Virus record (IMG/VR): IMGVR_UViG_3300009183_000103
Span: 1-60,596 of that record
Direction: 5' to 3' (one strand)
Length of the DNA stretch: 60,596 nt
From: a virus
Lineage: Duplodnaviria > Caudoviricetes
Below the pieces are notes generated by a model. That model was not told the DNA's origin. It worked only from the letters and a program-made list of their open reading frames with translations, and ran no database searches. The position numbers and the translations under genes were made by a program. Positions 57,631 through 60,596 of this stretch are shown here, one piece after another (the stretch's first letter is position 1; every line of letters starts with the position of its first letter).

Positions 57631-59153
57631 TCATTAATCTGGACGAATATTTTTTAAAAGGTGATAAATGGTTACACGACGAATTAAAAAATCTTAAGCA
57701 AGTTATATTTCCAAAAGATTTTCAATTAATTGTTAATTATACTTCTGATTGTTATTATAATGATGAGTCTCCCGGTCTGGCTATTTCAAAACTACAAGAA
57801 ATTTTAGCATTATTAGATTTTCCTAATTTTTTTGTTACTATTGTTACTACTAATACTCAGATAGAAAAAGATTTAGAAAAAGTTAAAGACCTATATTGTC
57901 CATACGAGTCTGCATTGACTAAAAAAATAATTGCGGGAGAATTTAAAAAAATATTGCTTTCCGGTAATACAACCTGTATATTGCCTTGGATACACTTGTA
58001 TGTTAATTCTCAAGGATTGGTTGGCACGTGCTGTGACTTTAATAACGACTATCCTCTAGGAAAATTAACCGAAAACACCTTGGACCAAATTGCTAATTCT
58101 GATTACATGAAGACTGTAAGAAAACAAATGTTGACCGGATTGAGACCAAGTGTATGTTCTACCTGCTGGACTAAAGAAGATTCCGGATTACCATCAGCAA
58201 GACAAGGATTTAATCAGATATTTTCCCACCATTTAAGTTTAATAAATCAAACAGAAATCGACGGAGAATTTAAAAATTTTAAATTAAGATATTTGGATTT
58301 TCGTGCTAATAATATTTGTAATCTAAAATGTAGGATGTGTGGAGGTAAATTCAGCAGTAGGATCGCCAAAGAAGAGAATGATCTATACGGAAACTCAACT
58401 TTTATTGATCTTAAATTAACTTCTGCAGAGATCGATTCTACGCTATCCTACATCAGAGAAAATATCGACTATTTAGAACACATATATTTTGCCGGTGGCG
58501 AACCTTTAATCATGGAAGAACATTATAAAATATTAGATTTATTGATCGAAAATAATAAAACGGATATAAAAATAGCCTACAATACCAATCTAACTCAGCT
58601 GTCTTATAAGAAATATAACGTCACTAATTATTGGAAAAAATTCTCCGATATTACTGTAGGCGCTAGTATTGATCTGATAGGGCCGCAGGCGGAATACGTT
58701 CGATCAGGGACTGATTACAACGAGATCGAAAAAAATTATGACATTATAAAGACTCATGTAAAATTTACCATTACTAGTATCGTACATCTATGTAATATAT
58801 TTAATTTACCTAAACTACAACAACATTGGATCGTTAATAAAAAACTGAATCCTAAAAATTTATCTTTCCGTGCATTGATCTACCCTGAAAATATGACTTT
58901 ACAGATATTACCGTTAACATATAAAAAACTTGCTACAGAAAAAATAAATGATCATATCAACTGGTTATTATCTATCCCTAATTCAGAATCTCTTGTAGAC
59001 ACCTGGCAAAATGTGTTACAATATATGAATGCCAAAGATCAAAGCCATTTGTTATCAGATTTTTTCAGATTAAATGATGATAAGGATCGTATACGTAATG
59101 AACGATTTGAAGATGTATTTCCGGAATACCAAACCCTGAGATCATATGTTTAA
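57627..59153 (+). CDS. Radical SAM protein with SPASM/twitch-like domain and extra N-terminal domain, inserted between gp47 and gp46
   Basis: CILPWIH...TCC...CSTC; CNLKCRMC; FAGGEPLIMEEHY; closest by eye to 14998-16335. Confidence 0.9.
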   Translation: MIINLDEYFLKGDKWLHDELKNLKQVIFPKDFQLIVNYTSDCYYNDESPGLAISKLQEILALLDFPNFFVTIVTTNTQIEKDLEKVKDLYCPYESALTKKIIAGEFKKILLSGNTTCILPWIHLYVNSQGLVGTCCDFNNDYPLGKLTENTLDQIANSDYMKTVRKQMLTGLRPSVCSTCWTKEDSGLPSARQGFNQIFSHHLSLINQTEIDGEFKNFKLRYLDFRANNICNLKCRMCGGKFSSRIAKEENDLYGNSTFIDLKLTSAEIDSTLSYIRENIDYLEHIYFAGGEPLIMEEHYKILDLLIENNKTDIKIAYNTNLTQLSYKKYNVTNYWKKFSDITVGASIDLIGPQAEYVRSGTDYNEIEKNYDIIKTHVKFTITSIVHLCNIFNLPKLQQHWIVNKKLNPKNLSFRALIYPENMTLQILPLTYKKLATEKINDHINWLLSIPNSESLVDTWQNVLQYMNAKDQSHLLSDFFRLNDDKDRIRNERFEDVFPEYQTLRSYV

Positions 59154-60596
59154 AATAAAATATCTCACAGTTAAAAACTTTATGAGCGTGGGTAATAGCA
59201 CCCAGGCTGTTAATTTTGACCGCAAAGACCTAACTTTAGTCCTAGGTGAAAACATTGACTTGGGTGGCGACGACACTGGTGCACGTAATGGTACAGGTAA
59301 GACTACTATTATCAACGCATTAAGTTATGCCTTATATGGCACAGCACTTACTAATATCCGTAAAGACAATCTAGTAAATAAAACCAATACCAAGGCCATG
59401 CTGGTCACTATTGACTTTGAAGTCAATGGCGTTGATTATAAGATTGAACGTGGACGTAAACCTAATGTGCTTAAATTCTACATAGGCGAACAAGAACAAG
59501 AAGCCAAAGACGACAACAGTCAAGGCGACAGCAGAGAAACGCAGCAAGAGATTGAACGTTTATTGGGCATGAGTCATGAGATGTTCAAGCACGTGGTGGC
59601 TCTGAATACATATACAGAACCATTCCTAGCATTAAAGCCAAACGATCAACGTGCTATAATTGAGCAACTGTTAGGTATTACCTTATTGAGTGAGAAAGCA
59701 GAAGCACTCAAAGAGCAGAGTAAGGCTACAAGGGACGCCATTCAACAGGAAGAAGCCAACATCAAGGCAGTGTCTGATGCTAATAAACGTATTGAAGAAC
59801 AGATCGAAGCCACACAGCGTCGCCAGATGTTATGGTTAACTAAACGTCGAGATGATGTTGCTAAGTTACAGACAGCATTAGATGAATTACTTAAATTAGA
59901 TATTGATGCAGAGATTCTAGCACACAAAGAGTTGTCTGTATATAATCAAAAGCGTAAGGACATCACAGATCTAGACAAAGCTATAGCACGCAGTGAGCAA
60001 GATTTATCTCGTGAAGTTAAAGGTATCGCTAACTTAACTGGCGACATCGCTACCTTACGTGAACATAAATGCAATACCTGTGGGCAGGATTTGCATGATA
60101 GCAAACATGAAGAACTATTAGCTATCAAAGAAAGCAAACTTAAAGATGCAGAGACACAGCAAGGAGTTCATGCTGGAGATTTAGAAGCATTGATCGCTGC
60201 CAAAGCAGAACTTGGTGAACTAGGATCTATGCCTAAAACATTCTACGACAATGAGGGTCTTGCTATCCAACACCGTAGCAGTATCGCCAGCATACAAGAA
60301 CAGATCACCAGCAAGACTGCAGAAGAAGATCCCTACACTGAACAGATCGCAGATATGAAAACTACTGCACTTGCTGAGATCGATTATACTAAGATGAATG
60401 AACTTAGTCGCATCAAAGATCATCAAGAGTTCTTATACAAACTATTAACTAATAAAGATTCTTATATCCGTAAGAGAATCATCGATCAAAATCTGAGCTA
60501 CTTGAACGCCAGACTGAGCCAATATCTTGACCGTATTGGCTTACCCCATACCGTGGTGTTTATGAATGACCTAAGTGTCAACATCACTGAACTAGG
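59146..60596 (+). CDS. gp46: Recombination ATPase gp46 (Rad50/SbcC-like), 3' truncated (not in the ORF track)
   Basis: MFKIKYLTVKNFMSVGN, Walker A RNGTGKTT, coiled coils, zinc hook CNTCGQ; open to the window end. Confidence 0.93.
   Translation, partial: MFKIKYLTVKNFMSVGNSTQAVNFDRKDLTLVLGENIDLGGDDTGARNGTGKTTIINALSYALYGTALTNIRKDNLVNKTNTKAMLVTIDFEVNGVDYKIERGRKPNVLKFYIGEQEQEAKDDNSQGDSRETQQEIERLLGMSHEMFKHVVALNTYTEPFLALKPNDQRAIIEQLLGITLLSEKAEALKEQSKATRDAIQQEEANIKAVSDANKRIEEQIEATQRRQMLWLTKRRDDVAKLQTALDELLKLDIDAEILAHKELSVYNQKRKDITDLDKAIARSEQDLSREVKGIANLTGDIATLREHKCNTCGQDLHDSKHEELLAIKESKLKDAETQQGVHAGDLEALIAAKAELGELGSMPKTFYDNEGLAIQHRSSIASIQEQITSKTAEEDPYTEQIADMKTTALAEIDYTKMNELSRIKDHQEFLYKLLTNKDSYIRKRIIDQNLSYLNARLSQYLDRIGLPHTVVFMNDLSVNITEL

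Noticed and set aside
55780-60426. Minus-strand ORFs over gp55, gp47 and gp46, and similar short antisense ORFs elsewhere in the track
   Set aside because: They overlap well-supported genes on the opposite strand and have no recognisable motifs
1-60596. Alternative genetic code (stop-codon reassignment as in some jumbo phages)
   Set aside because: Standard code gives near-complete coding density including a 4520-aa ORF, and TAG, TGA and TAA all end genes at tight junctions
1-60596. CRISPR array, tRNA, rRNA, integrase or transposase
   Set aside because: No regularly spaced repeats or recognisable motifs; intergenic gaps are at most about 75 nt

Overview
This window is a gene-dense fragment of a large myovirus-type (T4-like/jumbo) bacteriophage genome that uses the standard genetic code. 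It has four blocks. (1) 1-4353 (+): the 3' end of thymidylate synthase, several small hypothetical genes, an NDP-sugar epimerase/dehydratase and a DegT-family sugar aminotransferase. (2) 4334-22847 (-): an 18.5 kb run of overlapping genes with six radical SAM proteins carrying an N-terminal Cys-rich (SPASM/twitch-like) domain, five SGNH/GDSL-like proteins, a NodU/CmcH/TobZ-type carbamoyltransferase, an APS-kinase-like P-loop kinase, four glycosyltransferase-like proteins and an uncalled 33-aa peptide ending in PFIYK. This block starts just after a terminator and has its own late-promoter motif (GATAAATA). (3) 22922-55610 (-): tail fibre and baseplate genes, including three fibre paralogues, a glycine-rich protein, a 4520-aa wedge protein with seven FG-GAP-like repeats, and gp6-, gp25-, gp5-, hub/lysozyme-, gp53- and tube-cap-like genes. 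(4) 55682-end (+): late sigma factor gp55, gp47, an inserted AT-rich seventh radical SAM gene and a partial gp46. The best candidate for an undescribed system is block 2, which looks like a late-expressed phage glycan or small-molecule tailoring pathway. Regulatory highlights are exact leaderless-mRNA geometry at several promoters and a gp55-type late promoter nested antisense inside the sigma70 promoter of gp55 itself. All product calls come from motif recognition by eye; no database searches were run.
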